Notes under the pieces: model-generated
Told to the model about the DNA's origin: nothing
What the model saw: the letters and a program-made list of their open reading frames with translations, nothing else
The model's database searches: none
Made by a program: the position numbers and the translations under genes
In this document: in pieces, positions 20,563 to 30,878 of the stretch
How the letters are laid out: each line of letters opens with the position of its first letter
Numbering within the stretch: position 1 is the first letter of the stretch
NCBI GenBank assembly: GCA_964508365.1
Contig: CAZDTP010000001.1
Coordinates: 1 to 64,000, forward strand
From: an uncultured archaeon
GTDB lineage: Archaea; Asgardarchaeota; Lokiarchaeia; Sigyniarchaeales; SOKP01
DNA: 64,000 bases
Direction: 5' to 3'

Positions 20563-21765
20563 ATGAGTTCAAATATAGGATCAGAAGCGCAAGCAGCGTA
20601 TCAAAAATATCTGGATGCCTCATCCATTGATGAAAAAATAAAGCGTTTGGAGGAATTTATTTCTTTAGTTCCCAAACATAAAGCTACGGAAAAAATTGTT
20701 GCTTTAAATAAATCTCGATTAGCTAAGCTTAGAAGAGAGCAGGAAGCGTTAAAATCCCGAGCTATGACTACTGGTAAGCAAGTTAGTCCTTTTTCAATAA
20801 AAAAAGAAGGAATTCAACTGATTCTAATAAGTGATTATCATTCTCCAGGTGTTGGTAAAACCTCTCTGTTGAATTTATTAACAGGCGCAGCAAGAGACAA
20901 AATTGGAAAATTTACTCCAGTACCTGAAATTGGGATCTATAAGGATAAAAAAATACGGTATCAAATAGTTGACATGCCTTCGATAATGGAAGGAGCTTCA
21001 AGTGGGATTGGGAATGGAAGAGAAATCATCTCCCAATTAAGAGCATGTGATTTGATCTGCTTTTGCGTAGATTTATCTCGTAATTACAAAAATCAAATTG
21101 ACTTGCTTTTGAATGAACTAAACAAATCACATGTGAGAATCAATGTTCAACCTCCTCCCCTTACAATTGAGAAAACTGGCTCAAATAAAATTCAGGTATT
21201 TTATTTAACTAATGAAGCTAAAGAGCTGAATGATGTTGAAGATTTAACGGAAAGAATTAAAGAAATCACTCATGCTGGGGGTATTCGGAATGGCTTAGTC
21301 AAAGTATTTGGTAAGATCGAACTCGATCAAGTTGTCGATACATTAAATCCTTCTGTAGTTTATAAAAAAGCTATTATTTTAGGAACAAAGGGGGACTTAG
21401 CGCTAACTAAAAGTACTTTCTCAGAATTAGAAAAATTTTATTCACACATATTTCCCTTGGTTATCGGAACGAGCGCGGAAAAGAAAAAACTCCCTGGTGA
21501 TTTAGGAAAAATTGTTTTAAATTACTTACAAAAAATGAAAGTCTACACAATGAATAAAGGTATAATTGCTGAAAAGCCTTTAATCCTAGATTGTATTCCT
21601 AATCAACCAACGATCAGAGATGTTACATTAAAGATACACAGAACTTTTCTCGAATCATTTGATTACGCAATAGTTATTAGAAAAAAGGCTAGGCAAACAA
21701 AAAAAAAGGTAGGATTAGAATACGAATTAAAAGAGAATGACATCATTGAGTTACACACTAAATAA
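20563..21765 (+). CDS. DRG/OBG-family GTPase with TGS domain (divergent G motifs)
   Basis: Archaeal DRG N-terminus (EEKI..LEEF...PKHK.TEK), GVGKTS, FTP, DMPS, TKGD; C-terminal TGS-like IH..F...F.YA.....L...DI. Confidence 0.85.
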   Translation: MSSNIGSEAQAAYQKYLDASSIDEKIKRLEEFISLVPKHKATEKIVALNKSRLAKLRREQEALKSRAMTTGKQVSPFSIKKEGIQLILISDYHSPGVGKTSLLNLLTGAARDKIGKFTPVPEIGIYKDKKIRYQIVDMPSIMEGASSGIGNGREIISQLRACDLICFCVDLSRNYKNQIDLLLNELNKSHVRINVQPPPLTIEKTGSNKIQVFYLTNEAKELNDVEDLTERIKEITHAGGIRNGLVKVFGKIELDQVVDTLNPSVVYKKAIILGTKGDLALTKSTFSELEKFYSHIFPLVIGTSAEKKKLPGDLGKIVLNYLQKMKVYTMNKGIIAEKPLILDCIPNQPTIRDVTLKIHRTFLESFDYAIVIRKKARQTKKKVGLEYELKENDIIELHTK

Positions 21766-21859
21766 TTACAAAAGCGTTGGATATCGCTCAACTTAAATAA
21801 TCATCTATATTGAAACTCATTTTTAACAAGTTTTGGATTATAATTTAAATGAAAAATAT

Positions 21860-24541
21860 TCATTTTCTAATCCTTTCAATAATATTTGGAATATCCGAAA
21901 GCTCCTCGTCATATATAGGATCTAAATTAAGCACGCCTTTAGAAATGTTTAAAATGCTTTCAAAAGAGTAAATTAAATTTTCTAAATAATCAGTAATATC
22001 ACCCTTGTAAATCATAATTTCCAATTCATCTTCAAGATAGTCACCTATTTCTTTTATAGAAAAATTATTCTCAATTCTTAAATTCAAGATTATCTTTTCT
22101 AAATTCAGTCTACCGCAATCACAATAGGGTTTATCTTTACAATCGCAGTTGAAAATTTCTTTTGTCCAAATTAAAACATATTTTATAAAATCATCCGAAA
22201 AGGATTTCCTTTTTCTGACATAATTTGCATCCATGAGTGATAATACGCTAGAACTAAAGAAATTGTTTGAAGAGTACTTTGCTGGTCTATGTTTTGATAA
22301 ATCAGCGACGACTTTTTTAGTAAGATAAACATTTCTTAAACTTTTTAAATCAAGCACTATTTCGATAATCTTTTTTTCTTTCTTCTTTAGTGCTTCAATA
22401 ATGCTCAGACTCATCTCAACAGTTAAAAAAGATTTTGCAACAGATTGACCCAGAAAAGTAGCTTCGTAAAGAACACCGTTATTTAGTCGAATAAGACGTT
22501 GATCTATCAATTTATTTAAAAACTCTTCTATTTCATAATTGGCATTAATTAGATAATCATGAAATTTATAAATAGCTGTTTTTTCAACGCCTTCATTAAA
22601 CACAGATATAAAAGCTAACAATTCAGTTAACGATCTCTCTTCATCGGGGTGCAGCTCAAAATCTTTAATTTTTCCATTAAGTAAGTTAATCGCAATATTT
22701 TCTTCAGTAGTTTTATTTCGTGGCGAATAACTTTTCCCTGGTTCAATAAGGAGATAGGCTCTTCCCAGGTCGTGTTTTTTCAATCTACCAGCACGACCTA
22801 ACATCTGTTCAAATTCTGCTACTGTTAGAACATTTATCCCCATCGAAAGCGATTCGAAAATAACCTGTTTTGCAGGTAGGTCTACACCCGCTGCCAACGC
22901 TGCCGTAGCAACAACGACTGCTATAGATTGCTTTTGAAATTGTTTTTCAATTATCAATCGCTCTTCATTAGTCAATCCTGAATGATAAGATTTTGCTCTT
23001 ATATCTTTATTTTGCAGATAAGTTGTAAGCGATTCGCACTTTTTTCTTGAATTCGTAAATATAATTGATTGTCCTTTGAATCCATAGCTAGATTTTTCTA
23101 AATACGCAGCCCGTACTAATCTCGATATATTTTTCAGCTTTATTGATTCATTAAGACATAATATCAAATGGCGTTCAATCGGAACTGGGCGATTATGGTA
23201 ATTAATCAATTTACTATTTAGTTTTTTGGCTAATATATCTGGTGCGCCTATCGTAGCACTTAAATACAAATATTGAGCATCGCTAAAAACAGATTTCAGT
23301 CTAGAAATTAAACCGTCTAGGATAAAACCACGTTCTTGATCACTTAAAGTCTGAATTTCATCAATTATTATAGTTCCTATGAAACCTAAAAAAGTTTTAT
23401 TACCGCTCCTTAAAATGTGATCTATCGCCTCGTAGGTAGCGATTACTACATCTGCTTCTTCCAGTGAATCTAAGTCTTCCGGTTCTTTCTTTTCTAATAG
23501 AGATTCCCCAATCCTCTTTATAATTGTTAAATTAAGGGATTTATACTTAGATTTAAATTCTTCAGTTCTTAAACTTGCTAACGCCCTGATTGGAACTAAA
23601 TAAAGCATTTTTCTTTTTTCACTAAGGACTCTCGAAATTCCTGCCAATTCGCCTACTAATGTTTTACCTGCTGAGGTGGGTGCCATAATTAATTGATTAG
23701 TGCGTTCTTTTAAAAGTCCTTTATCAATTGAAATTGCTTGTATTGGTAAGAGGGTTGAAATTTTCTGAGATTTTAGTAAATCTTTATATTCATTCTGAAT
23801 TGCGAGTCTATCAACATTATAATTTAAATATTTCTTACTTACTTGTGGATTCCTTTCAACATCGTACAGCGTCATCTCTTTGTTTTTTAACGGATCAAAA
23901 TCAACCTTAAAAGAATCTAAAACCCTTTTCGCATCTCTGAATTTCAAGATCAAATGATTAAAGAAGTTCTTAATTTTAGGGTTTAGTTTTTCAGATGAAA
24001 TAAGTCCTGCTCTACTTGCTTGTTTTATTATTAAGTCTAATGCACAGTTTGAGCAAATATATTGGTTTTGTAGTGATTTTATCTTAGTTGTTTCGCTCAA
24101 TAAAGTAAATTTCTTATCTTCTAAACATTTTTTGCAGAAAGTAAGGTTTTTGATATTACTTTCGCCATATTGAAGATTTTTAAGCATTTCTTTTATTGGA
24201 GTGAAATCTTCTGGTTTAGTTTGACTAGAAAAAGCAACAAATTTATTTTTAGCATCAAGTAAGAATTTTTTAAACAGTCTTGGATTAATAGGTTGCGGAT
24301 TGCCATCTTTTTGGAGCTTAGAAAAACTCACAGGTCGAAATTTATCTTGATAATCTAACCCAAAAACAATTGTTCCTCTAAAAAAGGGATTACTTATATA
24401 AGAAATCGATTTGCCTTTTTTCTTAAATGATTTCAGATAGAAAAAGTTAAGATTAAATGACAATTGTTTTTTGTTTTCCCAATTTCTATCAAAAACAATA
24501 AAGAAGTCCTTAGTAAATAGAGTTGTCAAAAGAATTATCAC
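21860..24541 (-). CDS. Archaeal DEAD/DEAH SF2 helicase with C-terminal Cys-rich (DUF5814-like) domain
   Basis: APTSAGKT, DEIQ, SAT, HSGL, QMLGRAGR; C-terminal CDCKDKPYCDCG. Confidence 0.9.
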   Translation of the reverse strand: MIILLTTLFTKDFFIVFDRNWENKKQLSFNLNFFYLKSFKKKGKSISYISNPFFRGTIVFGLDYQDKFRPVSFSKLQKDGNPQPINPRLFKKFLLDAKNKFVAFSSQTKPEDFTPIKEMLKNLQYGESNIKNLTFCKKCLEDKKFTLLSETTKIKSLQNQYICSNCALDLIIKQASRAGLISSEKLNPKIKNFFNHLILKFRDAKRVLDSFKVDFDPLKNKEMTLYDVERNPQVSKKYLNYNVDRLAIQNEYKDLLKSQKISTLLPIQAISIDKGLLKERTNQLIMAPTSAGKTLVGELAGISRVLSEKRKMLYLVPIRALASLRTEEFKSKYKSLNLTIIKRIGESLLEKKEPEDLDSLEEADVVIATYEAIDHILRSGNKTFLGFIGTIIIDEIQTLSDQERGFILDGLISRLKSVFSDAQYLYLSATIGAPDILAKKLNSKLINYHNRPVPIERHLILCLNESIKLKNISRLVRAAYLEKSSYGFKGQSIIFTNSRKKCESLTTYLQNKDIRAKSYHSGLTNEERLIIEKQFQKQSIAVVVATAALAAGVDLPAKQVIFESLSMGINVLTVAEFEQMLGRAGRLKKHDLGRAYLLIEPGKSYSPRNKTTEENIAINLLNGKIKDFELHPDEERSLTELLAFISVFNEGVEKTAIYKFHDYLINANYEIEEFLNKLIDQRLIRLNNGVLYEATFLGQSVAKSFLTVEMSLSIIEALKKKEKKIIEIVLDLKSLRNVYLTKKVVADLSKHRPAKYSSNNFFSSSVLSLMDANYVRKRKSFSDDFIKYVLIWTKEIFNCDCKDKPYCDCGRLNLEKIILNLRIENNFSIKEIGDYLEDELEIMIYKGDITDYLENLIYSFESILNISKGVLNLDPIYDEELSDIPNIIERIRK

Positions 24542-24593
24542 TAAACTTATATAGTAGTCTTACCATTGTTGTTCAAACAAAAAAAATCAGAAT

Positions 24594-24761
24594 CTAAAAT
24601 CCAAATACGGCCTTTATCTTATCGTAAACTTGTTTAATTTGCCTTAGTTTAGCCTCATCGCCCTGATGTAAAAAATGTTCTATCCATTGGGCTAAACCGC
24701 CACCATTAGGGCTCATCCATTGTTTAAAATATTCAACTGCTTGACGCTCTACTTCTGACAT
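24594..24761 (-). CDS. Small hypothetical protein, 55 aa (absent from ORF track)
   Basis: ATG at 24761 to TAG at 24594: MSEVERQAVEYFKQWMSPNGGGLAQWIEHFLHQGDEAKLRQIKQVYDKIKAVFGF. GC-richer than flanks, amphipathic helical composition. Confidence 0.65.
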   Translation of the reverse strand: MSEVERQAVEYFKQWMSPNGGGLAQWIEHFLHQGDEAKLRQIKQVYDKIKAVFGF

Positions 24762-24897
24762 TGATATTAGTATTAATTTTAATTTCTACTATATAAAATT
24801 ATAAATTATTCTATTTTATATTTTTATAATTTTAGATAAATTTAGATCCATTAATATATAAACCGATATTAATTAAAATTTATTAGGTGATCATCAA

Positions 24898-25857
24898 ATG
24901 ACCGATGTTAGAATTAAAACTCCAAATTTAGACGAGATTTTTGAAAAGTGGAAGCAAAGTGCTGTTAGAAGCGATAAAAAAAAGATGGAAAAACAATTTG
25001 GCACAAAAGGGGCTATTTTTTCATTAGATGCGATAAGCGCGGCAGAATATGTTAAAGATACACAAAAGGAAGCTGCGATTTATTTTGCGATTAAAAAAAC
25101 TGAGGGGGAACTAGCTAAGGATACTGATGAAGAAACCGTTCTAGCACCAAAAGTAGGTAGAGAAACTTTTTATTCTTTTAAGGCTCAAGGTAAGATTAAT
25201 AAAAGCGACTGGAAAGGCGATGAAATAATACCAACCTATGAAACACTCCAGCCAATTCCATGCAAAAAGTGTAATGGGAAGGGTTATATTGAAAGCAAGT
25301 GTAAGACATGTAAGGGCACAGGAAAGATAGAAGAACAGTTACAAGTTTTAACTGGGGAAGAACAAAAAAAGGAAGTTAAACCATTTTCCTATTCCTGTGG
25401 AGTTTGCTATGGTACTGGTACAAGTAAGGAGCAATGTAAAGATTGTGGAGGACATAAAAACTTGTATAAGTATCAGGTTTTACCAGTTCCTTTTAAGACT
25501 GTTATTACCGGAATACCAGTATTACACAGTAGCGCACTAACTAAATATGAAAAAGAAATCGAACGAGATCTCCATCAAATGATAGAAGAAGTCGAGGGTA
25601 TCAAGTTTAACGATTTTAAAGAACTTGAATCGAAGAGTGAAGCCTCATTAGGGTATTGGAACAAGAACATTAAGAAAACGATAAGCTCTGCAGGAAGTGA
25701 TTACAAAGATTACTCAAAAGATAAAGAAGCTCAAATAACTACACAAATTTATCTGTTTCCTATGATTCAAATGTTCTGTGAAACAAAGAAGGGAGCTAAG
25801 TTCGAAATTTATAGTTTAGGCTCTGCTAATAAATTTATGACTTACTCGAACTTCTAA
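24898..25857 (+). CDS. DnaJ-type CxxCxGxG zinc-finger protein without J domain (SSUH2-like)
   Basis: CKKCNGKG, CKTCKGTG, CGVCYGTG, CKDCGG; AGGTGA SD-like motif 7 nt before ATG. Confidence 0.8.
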   Translation: MTDVRIKTPNLDEIFEKWKQSAVRSDKKKMEKQFGTKGAIFSLDAISAAEYVKDTQKEAAIYFAIKKTEGELAKDTDEETVLAPKVGRETFYSFKAQGKINKSDWKGDEIIPTYETLQPIPCKKCNGKGYIESKCKTCKGTGKIEEQLQVLTGEEQKKEVKPFSYSCGVCYGTGTSKEQCKDCGGHKNLYKYQVLPVPFKTVITGIPVLHSSALTKYEKEIERDLHQMIEEVEGIKFNDFKELESKSEASLGYWNKNIKKTISSAGSDYKDYSKDKEAQITTQIYLFPMIQMFCETKKGAKFEIYSLGSANKFMTYSNF

Positions 25858-25879
25858 AATAATTTAAATTAACCAGATC

Positions 25880-25909
25880 TTTATTTTTTTTTTTTTTTGT
25901 TTTTTTGTT
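25880..25909 (+). terminator. Oligo-T tract, probable archaeal intrinsic terminator
   Basis: Long T run ~25 nt downstream of the 25857 stop codon. Confidence 0.55.
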
Positions 25910-25997
25910 GATTGTACATTTCAATTTTAAGGATTAATTCAAATTTAATAAAAATTTTTAATAATTTTATTTTCTTAATGTTAATATTAAATAATAA

Positions 25998-26350
25998 ATT
26001 GAATCTAAAACGTTAATTGACCCTAAAGTAAATAGTTTAGTTATTTTTAACGGAGGAGGCGGTATTGTTGAAAGAGAGATTAAATTGCAAGTACAACCTG
26101 GAATAAATGAAGATTAATATTGAAAAGAAACTCAATGACCCTATCGATTTAACATTAGATTTCAAGCAGACAAAGGATGTTACTTTTATTAATTCTGAAC
26201 CCCGAACCTTCCGAAATTGAAGAACCGAATTACAAATTTAATCTTTAAATTCCATCAGAAGGAAACTCTAAATTCACATTAGAGCTTCAAGCCAAAATCG
26301 TAAAGAGAGTTACCAAAACTAAACCGGAATTTATTAAAAAACCGAAATAA
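25998..26350 (+). pseudogene. Degraded, internally deleted remnant of a DUF4140/DUF4139-like gene
   Basis: Three consecutive fragments: SKTLIDPKVNSLVIFNGGGGIVEREIKLQVQPGINE / INIEKKLNDPIDLTLDFKQTKDVTFINSEP / EPSEIEEPNYKFNL*IPSEGNSKFTLELQAKIV...; two frameshifts and one in-frame stop. Confidence 0.55.
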
Positions 26351-26396
26351 TTTTTTTTATATCTTTTTTAACTTTGTAAGATTAGCTCGTAAGAAA

Positions 26397-28994
26397 TTAT
26401 TCAATTACATCATATCGGTAAAATAACTTCATAACTAATTTTAAAAACCAATACATTTTTTTTGGTATACGCCCAATTAAAGCGTTAAAACTAGTCATCA
26501 TATCCGACTGTAATGAATGTCTATTGTTTTCAAAATTTGGGTAACACAAGCCCCCAATAAATTTAGGTGGTGAACCAAAGCTTTTAACCTTTTTCCACTG
26601 TCCATTTAGTTCTCTTGTTCCCAACCAACTCTTATCAGTATAAACTTGAATAATATGATTTGATTTTAATTTAATTTCACCATAGATATTAACTGATCCT
26701 ACTCCACCATCATATTGTGTAGTTTCTATTAGAATTAAATTCTCCTCTTTCCTAATAGAGTCTTTTAAATCAAAAATTTGAATATTATTTTTTAACATAA
26801 CATAGTTTAAAGATTGTCTAGTAATTACATGGCCTACGAGTTTATTATTTAAACTCAATTTTGCAAAGTTCCATCCAATTACTTGTATATACGCAGTTTT
26901 AATTTCTTCCTGAATTTCAAAAGTTTTTTTAAAGAATACCGTATCAATTTGCTGCTTATTCTTAGAATCAAGATAAATAGTTTCACTAGGGATGTTAGGA
27001 TTCATCCATTCACTCTCAGTATTAATTTCATCTATTTTCTTATTATAAAACTCTATTAACCAGAGATATTTGTTTTTAATCGCTTCAAAACCATCTTTCT
27101 TGGCAGTTTTCATCCAAATCGACTCGTACTCATCAAGGAGAGAAGTTAGATCCTGTTTCAAGTTTTTAATTTCTTTTATTATTTGCATTTTAAAGCTATT
27201 TTTAAGTCTTTTAGGATTATAATCGACTAATTTCTTAGAGTTTGTTCTTTTCTTACAATAAAATTTAATATGTTTAGCAATAAAGGCAAAAACCTGCAGG
27301 TTTTCCTTATTCATTAACACATTGGACTCCATTTCTTTACACAATGTTATAATTTCATCCATATCTTTAATTACTACCTCAAATTTAGAGGTTTTAAGAT
27401 TTCTTCTATACGTCGAGCTTTTCTTATTGTAGGGATGGGAGAAGAAGTGATTATAATAAAACGTCTGTCTACTATGTAAACGATTGTTGGTTTCAACAGT
27501 TCTCAATAGTTTTATTACTTTTAATAACCGTGAATCATCAATCCCAAAAAAATGAAATAATACGCTTTTCCAGAACATAAGAAAATTTGTTTCCTTAACA
27601 GGATCCCATCCTATTTGAGCTGAATATATAAATCCATATATTCTATTCTCTCTGATTTCCTTATTATTATAATCTCCCCAGCTTGAAGTAATTTCTCCAA
27701 TTGCCCCATTTTTATAACCGTATTTAATTAAATTTGTTATATTTTTTTCTGAACGCAAAAAAGAAGGAAATAATCGATTATAATCAATTATAGATGGGCT
27801 TACAACTAGCGGTAATTTAAATTCTCTAATTTTATCTACAATTGGATGTTTATCTTTGGTATTGTATTTCCAATACATAATAATCATGTCCTTTGGTAAA
27901 CCAATAAGTACTTCCTTATATTTATAAAGAATGTCGTGATATATAACGATTTTATTGTACCCATGCTTCTTTACAATTTCATGCACTTTTTTGTAATGTT
28001 TTAAATAAGCCTGGCTTATTCCTATTTTATCGACATATGTTTTAGATGCGCCCTTCCCTACATCCCAGCTTTCATCCGCACCTATGTGGAAATACTCCGA
28101 TTTAAATACTTCACGTAATTCCTCAATCATATTATCTAAGAGAATGTATATTTCTTCATTTGCTATATTTAAACTATTCGAACCGGGAAATTCTCCATAA
28201 TTCCAGTAGTTTTCATCATGAAGGATATTTTCCCAGTGCCCAATCGTTTGAAAAATAGGTATTAATTCTACAAAATGCTTTTTCGCATAATCGAATAAAT
28301 CTTTTATTTCTGCTTTAGAATAAGCTCCTCTGCCTGTACCAATATCCGGATATTTTTCAAATTTAAACATATCCTGCATATAGACTAAATAATAATGGTT
28401 AATTTTGAAATGGCTAAGCGTTTTAATGAATTTCTTTAAATTTTCAACTGTTGCTGCTTGACCTCTAGATATATCATCTGACACACCTCTTATCTTTAAT
28501 CTAGGATAATCGATAATAGCCACTTGTCTGAGTAAGTTTTTAGAGTTGGTAGAATTTAGAAGCTGAATTAATGTTTGGATACCATAATAAATTCCTTGAA
28601 TAGAATCTGCTTTTAAATAAATTGTCGAATCTTCAGAAAAAAGAAAGTATCCCTGTTCGATTGCGTTTTGATTTCTTTTAATACTATTTAAATCTAGTTG
28701 TGAGAAATATTTTTCACACAAACTCGAAATCACTTTATCGCTCTCTGTTGTATTATTGGAAATCTTTTCGTACTGTACCTCCAATTCAAATTCTTCTCCG
28801 TAATGTTGAAAATGATCGATAAACTGATCTAAAACAAACCAATCTTCTTTAGGTATATCAGTTAAAATTAAAGAATTTCCACTGAATTGCAATAGTTGAG
28901 AATCTATTAGCTTATAATAGAGAGGTTCCGGAAGTAATGAAAATTCTTTTGAATCTATTTCCGTTTTAATTAAGTTTCTTATGCAAATTAACAT
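26397..28994 (-). CDS. Glycoside hydrolase family 20 (beta-N-acetylhexosaminidase-like) with C-terminal beta-domain
   Basis: [20 protein letters not shown]....RG...D.SRG, catalytic HIGADE motif. Confidence 0.9.
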   Translation of the reverse strand: MLICIRNLIKTEIDSKEFSLLPEPLYYKLIDSQLLQFSGNSLILTDIPKEDWFVLDQFIDHFQHYGEEFELEVQYEKISNNTTESDKVISSLCEKYFSQLDLNSIKRNQNAIEQGYFLFSEDSTIYLKADSIQGIYYGIQTLIQLLNSTNSKNLLRQVAIIDYPRLKIRGVSDDISRGQAATVENLKKFIKTLSHFKINHYYLVYMQDMFKFEKYPDIGTGRGAYSKAEIKDLFDYAKKHFVELIPIFQTIGHWENILHDENYWNYGEFPGSNSLNIANEEIYILLDNMIEELREVFKSEYFHIGADESWDVGKGASKTYVDKIGISQAYLKHYKKVHEIVKKHGYNKIVIYHDILYKYKEVLIGLPKDMIIMYWKYNTKDKHPIVDKIREFKLPLVVSPSIIDYNRLFPSFLRSEKNITNLIKYGYKNGAIGEITSSWGDYNNKEIRENRIYGFIYSAQIGWDPVKETNFLMFWKSVLFHFFGIDDSRLLKVIKLLRTVETNNRLHSRQTFYYNHFFSHPYNKKSSTYRRNLKTSKFEVVIKDMDEIITLCKEMESNVLMNKENLQVFAFIAKHIKFYCKKRTNSKKLVDYNPKRLKNSFKMQIIKEIKNLKQDLTSLLDEYESIWMKTAKKDGFEAIKNKYLWLIEFYNKKIDEINTESEWMNPNIPSETIYLDSKNKQQIDTVFFKKTFEIQEEIKTAYIQVIGWNFAKLSLNNKLVGHVITRQSLNYVMLKNNIQIFDLKDSIRKEENLILIETTQYDGGVGSVNIYGEIKLKSNHIIQVYTDKSWLGTRELNGQWKKVKSFGSPPKFIGGLCYPNFENNRHSLQSDMMTSFNALIGRIPKKMYWFLKLVMKLFYRYDVIE

Positions 28995-29225
28995 AATTAT
29001 AAATTATACAAATCAAAAATAAGATTTATTTATTATTAAAGGAAACAAGTGTTTTCAACTTTCCAGTAATTGACAAACTCGATCTCAATTATTTCGTAAT
29101 AAAATTCTAGACATCACTCAAATTGCATTAGATTCATGCTAAAAGCGAGAGAAAAATTATATATATAAATTCTTCATATAATAAATTGGAGAAATATTGA
29201 ACTCTTATGTGTGTGGATTATTATT

Positions 29226-29825
29226 ATGGATAAGCAACAATTTTCAAGAAAACCGAATTTTTTCGGATACTTTCTTCCCTTTAACTCACTAGCGCTGTCT
29301 ATGATTGGCATTTTTGGAGCATTTACTTGTGTGGTTACTATAGTAATAGCATTTCCCATCCCAGCCACTAACGGCTTTATAAATATCGGAGATGCTGTTG
29401 TTATGATAACGGGATTAATTTTTGGTCCAATTATTGGAGGTATTGCAGGGGGAGTAGGATCCTCTTTAGCTGACTTATTATTAGGTTATGCAATTTATGC
29501 CCCTGCTACACTTGTTATAAAAGGCTTAGAAGGTTTTTTTGTTGGATTAATTGCAAATCCAAAAAAGAAGTCTAAATGGAATTATAGAGATTTCATTGGA
29601 GTTATAGTAGGGGGATTTATTATGATAATTGGATATTTTCTTTACGAAGTTATGATATTTGGGTTACCTAGTGCTCTATATGAATTTATTTTAAACAGTA
29701 TAATTCAATTTGGTTTGGGTTCAGTAATTGCCTTAGCATTTATTTTCGCAGCAAGAAAGAATATTAAGACTAGTATGCCACAAGTATTCGATAAAATATA
29801 TGTGTCTACTGAATTAATTGATTAA
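29226..29825 (+). CDS. ECF transporter S component
   Basis: IPATNGFINIGDAVV, GP..G...GG.GS.LAD, KGLEG motifs; multiple TM. ATG at 29226 preferred over GTG at 29211. Confidence 0.88.
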   Translation: MDKQQFSRKPNFFGYFLPFNSLALSMIGIFGAFTCVVTIVIAFPIPATNGFINIGDAVVMITGLIFGPIIGGIAGGVGSSLADLLLGYAIYAPATLVIKGLEGFFVGLIANPKKKSKWNYRDFIGVIVGGFIMIIGYFLYEVMIFGLPSALYEFILNSIIQFGLGSVIALAFIFAARKNIKTSMPQVFDKIYVSTELID

Positions 29826-30016
29826 TTTAAGTCACCCGAAATCTTTTTTAATCCTTGGAAAAGTAAAATAAAAATCTCAAAAAAGATGAGGCTCCTTAAT
29901 TTTAGGAAAACCATCTTTATAATTACTAGTATATGATTAAATCCAAAGTGAGTTATAGCAATCTGGGTATCTATTTTTACATTAATATTCTATTGTGTTA
30001 CGTTGAAAATCTTAAA

Positions 30017-30034
30017 TTTACGATCGATCGTAAA
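30017..30034. promoter_or_regulatory. Perfect 18-bp palindrome, candidate operator
   Basis: TTTACGATCGATCGTAAA is self-complementary and abuts a TATA-like TTTATA at 30036, upstream of the ZIP-DtxR pair. Confidence 0.55.
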
Positions 30035-30087
30035 ATTTATATTTTTGAATTCATCATTTATCTAATATAAGGTAATAATTTGGTGTA

Positions 30088-30849
30088 ATTATCATTCTTG
30101 GATGGATTATTTTATTTAGTGTTTTAGGTAGTATTGGAGCTATTTCAGCAGCAGCTCTTTTTGTATTTTTAGTGGAAGAAGCTCAGAAATCGCTCGTTCC
30201 ATTATTGATCTCATTTGCTACTGGAACTTTACTCACAGCAGCGTTATTTGGATTAATACCTGAAGCAATAGAGAGTGCTGGGGGGGAACCCCATAATGTA
30301 ATGCCATTTGTTTTAGGGGGTATTCTTTTTTTCTTCTTCTTGGAAAAAATAATTATATGGCGAAATTGCACTGACGAGGAATGCGATGTTCACGCAGCAG
30401 CTGGACCTATTGTCTTGATTGGAGATGCTTTTCATAACTTTATAGATGGAATTGTCATTGCTGCTAGCTTTCTTACAAGCTTTACAGTTGGAATAGCAGT
30501 AGGTTTTGCTATAATTGCTCATGAAGTTCCACAGGAGACAGGGGATTTTGGAATCCTATTACACGGTGGTTTTTCAAAAAAGAAAGCTTTTTTTCTTAAC
30601 ACATTATCAAGCATAACAACAATTCCAGCAGCAATAGTTAGCTATTTCATTTTAGGAAAAATATCGTTTATCGTACCTTATGCCCTAGCAATTTCAGCAG
30701 CAAGTTTTTTATATATTGCTTTATCAGATTTAACACCTGAATTACATAAGAAGTGGGGGTTCAAGCACTCAGTAAGACAATTAATTTTAATCCTATTGGG
30801 GGTTACATTAATGATCTTAACCATGAGTGTCATGGGTCATAATCATTAG
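30088..30849 (+). CDS. ZIP-family metal transporter (start uncertain, non-canonical)
   Basis: GDAFHNFIDG, HEVPQE.GDFG motifs. The frame extends upstream of the GTG at 30172 through a full TM helix to an in-frame TAA at 30076-30078. Confidence 0.9.
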   Translation: MIILGWIILFSVLGSIGAISAAALFVFLVEEAQKSLVPLLISFATGTLLTAALFGLIPEAIESAGGEPHNVMPFVLGGILFFFFLEKIIIWRNCTDEECDVHAAAGPIVLIGDAFHNFIDGIVIAASFLTSFTVGIAVGFAIIAHEVPQETGDFGILLHGGFSKKKAFFLNTLSSITTIPAAIVSYFILGKISFIVPYALAISAASFLYIALSDLTPELHKKWGFKHSVRQLILILLGVTLMILTMSVMGHNH

Positions 30850-30878
30850 TTTATCAAAAACAAGTAATACTTCAATCT

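Noticed and set aside
29000-29210. Riboswitch upstream of the ECF S-component
   Set aside because: AT-rich region with no recognisable aptamer consensus or stable stems by eye; an Infernal/Rfam scan would be needed.
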